Assembly (NCBI GenBank): GCA_013239625.1
Contig: MU054212.1
Location: forward strand, 7,476,270-7,540,269
Reading direction: 5' to 3'
DNA: 64,000 bases
Source: Lama guanicoe
Lineage: Eukaryota
Part shown: one piece after another, positions 63,336-64,000 of the stretch
Position numbering within the stretch: position 1 is the first letter of the stretch
Layout of the letters: every line of letters begins with the position of its first letter
Made by a program: the position numbers and the translations under genes
Notes under the pieces: model-generated
Databases searched by the model: none
What the model was told of the DNA's origin: nothing
Seen by the model: the letters and a program-made list of their open reading frames with translations, nothing else

Positions 63336-64000
63336 ATTATTTTTAAGCCCAGGGTATTAACAACTGTCTTTTCAATCATATTTCTGAAATGCTTCCCAGA
63401 GTAGTAAATAAATAACATCTTTTCATTCATTATATCACGTTGATCACAGCTGAACAAAAGGAAAGATGGGGCTAATTTCTTTTCAGCATGACCTTGGCAC
63501 AAAAGGCATGGTTGAAGTGAGGCAAAATTCCGGAAAGGCAAAAGCGTATTTTCTTCCAGTGTTCTTCTTCTCCTAATTTAAACAGTTTACAAGTGAATAA
63601 TTTTTGAAGTTGGGATGATGAGTACATTTTACTATAAATATACACATATTCTACTATTTTTTTCTATCTGCATCTACATTTGAAATTTCTGTATATATTT
63701 TATGCATTTTGTGTATACATACTTATACATATACATATATTTTTCCACTAATGTAAAAAAAAATTCTTTAAATTTCTGTAGAGCCTTCCCAGTTAGAAGT
63801 TGGTAATTTAAATTTAGGTGTTCATTCAAATTTTCAAAGGTTTCATTTTGAGGGGTGTATATTATTTCAATTTTGATAAGGGAGAAAAATATAAGAAAAC
63901 TTCAGATACCAAAAGTATAATGGTAAGATCTTATGTACCATGACAGGTGAAAGAGGATGATATTTGAGTAAGGATCGGACAGTAGCGGGCACATGGGATG

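Larger units (their letters stand above)
24291..64000 (-). other. NOL4: NOL4 intron upstream of the exon (partial; the previous exon is outside the window)
   Basis: I saw no frame resembling the preceding NOL4 sequence (...EERMQSPQNLHGQQD). The region is repeat-rich. Confidence 0.75.

Noticed and set aside
1..64000. CRISPR array, prokaryotic operon or defence system, numt, processed pseudogene, or snRNA/snoRNA/miRNA gene
   Set aside because: I found no regularly spaced repeat-spacer array, no dense long ORFs and no recognisable mitochondrial, mRNA-derived or structural-RNA sequence by eye. An Rfam/Infernal and BLAST search would be needed to exclude weak cases.

Overview
This is AT-rich mammalian genomic DNA, most likely camelid (alpaca, llama or camel). 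That call rests on a Vic-1-type tRNA-derived SINE, a camelid-type young L1 3' end, and no recognisable Alu, B1/B2, Bov-tA, PRE-1 or SINEC. The whole window appears to lie inside the NOL4 (nucleolar protein 4) gene on the minus strand. It contains one internal coding exon (24007-24290, 284 nt, AG/GT-bounded, encoding DSAAESFNG...EQPLNLSD...ARENGSK). The rest is intron made of L1, L2, MIR, ERV1/MaLR LTRs, hAT DNA-transposon fossils, microsatellites and several unique enhancer-like blocks. All other ORFs in the track look like chance or repeat-derived frames. I found no convincing new multi-gene system, CRISPR array or RNA gene. The most unusual signal is a ~3 kb cluster at 37.3-40.6 kb. It holds a CpG-rich, GC-shifted old transposon, an exact 22-bp templated copy with microhomology at both ends, a 117-bp local duplication and a young SINE, which together suggest a historical break or recombination hotspot. 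Other points of interest are a ~26-bp tail-only retrotransposition, an inverted L1, a patchwork region that splits a MER33, a possible intronic-polyadenylation NOL4 isoform and an antisense-facing solo LTR near the exon. Repeat subfamily names are from memory of consensus sequences, and repeat boundaries are approximate unless target-site duplications (TSDs) are given.
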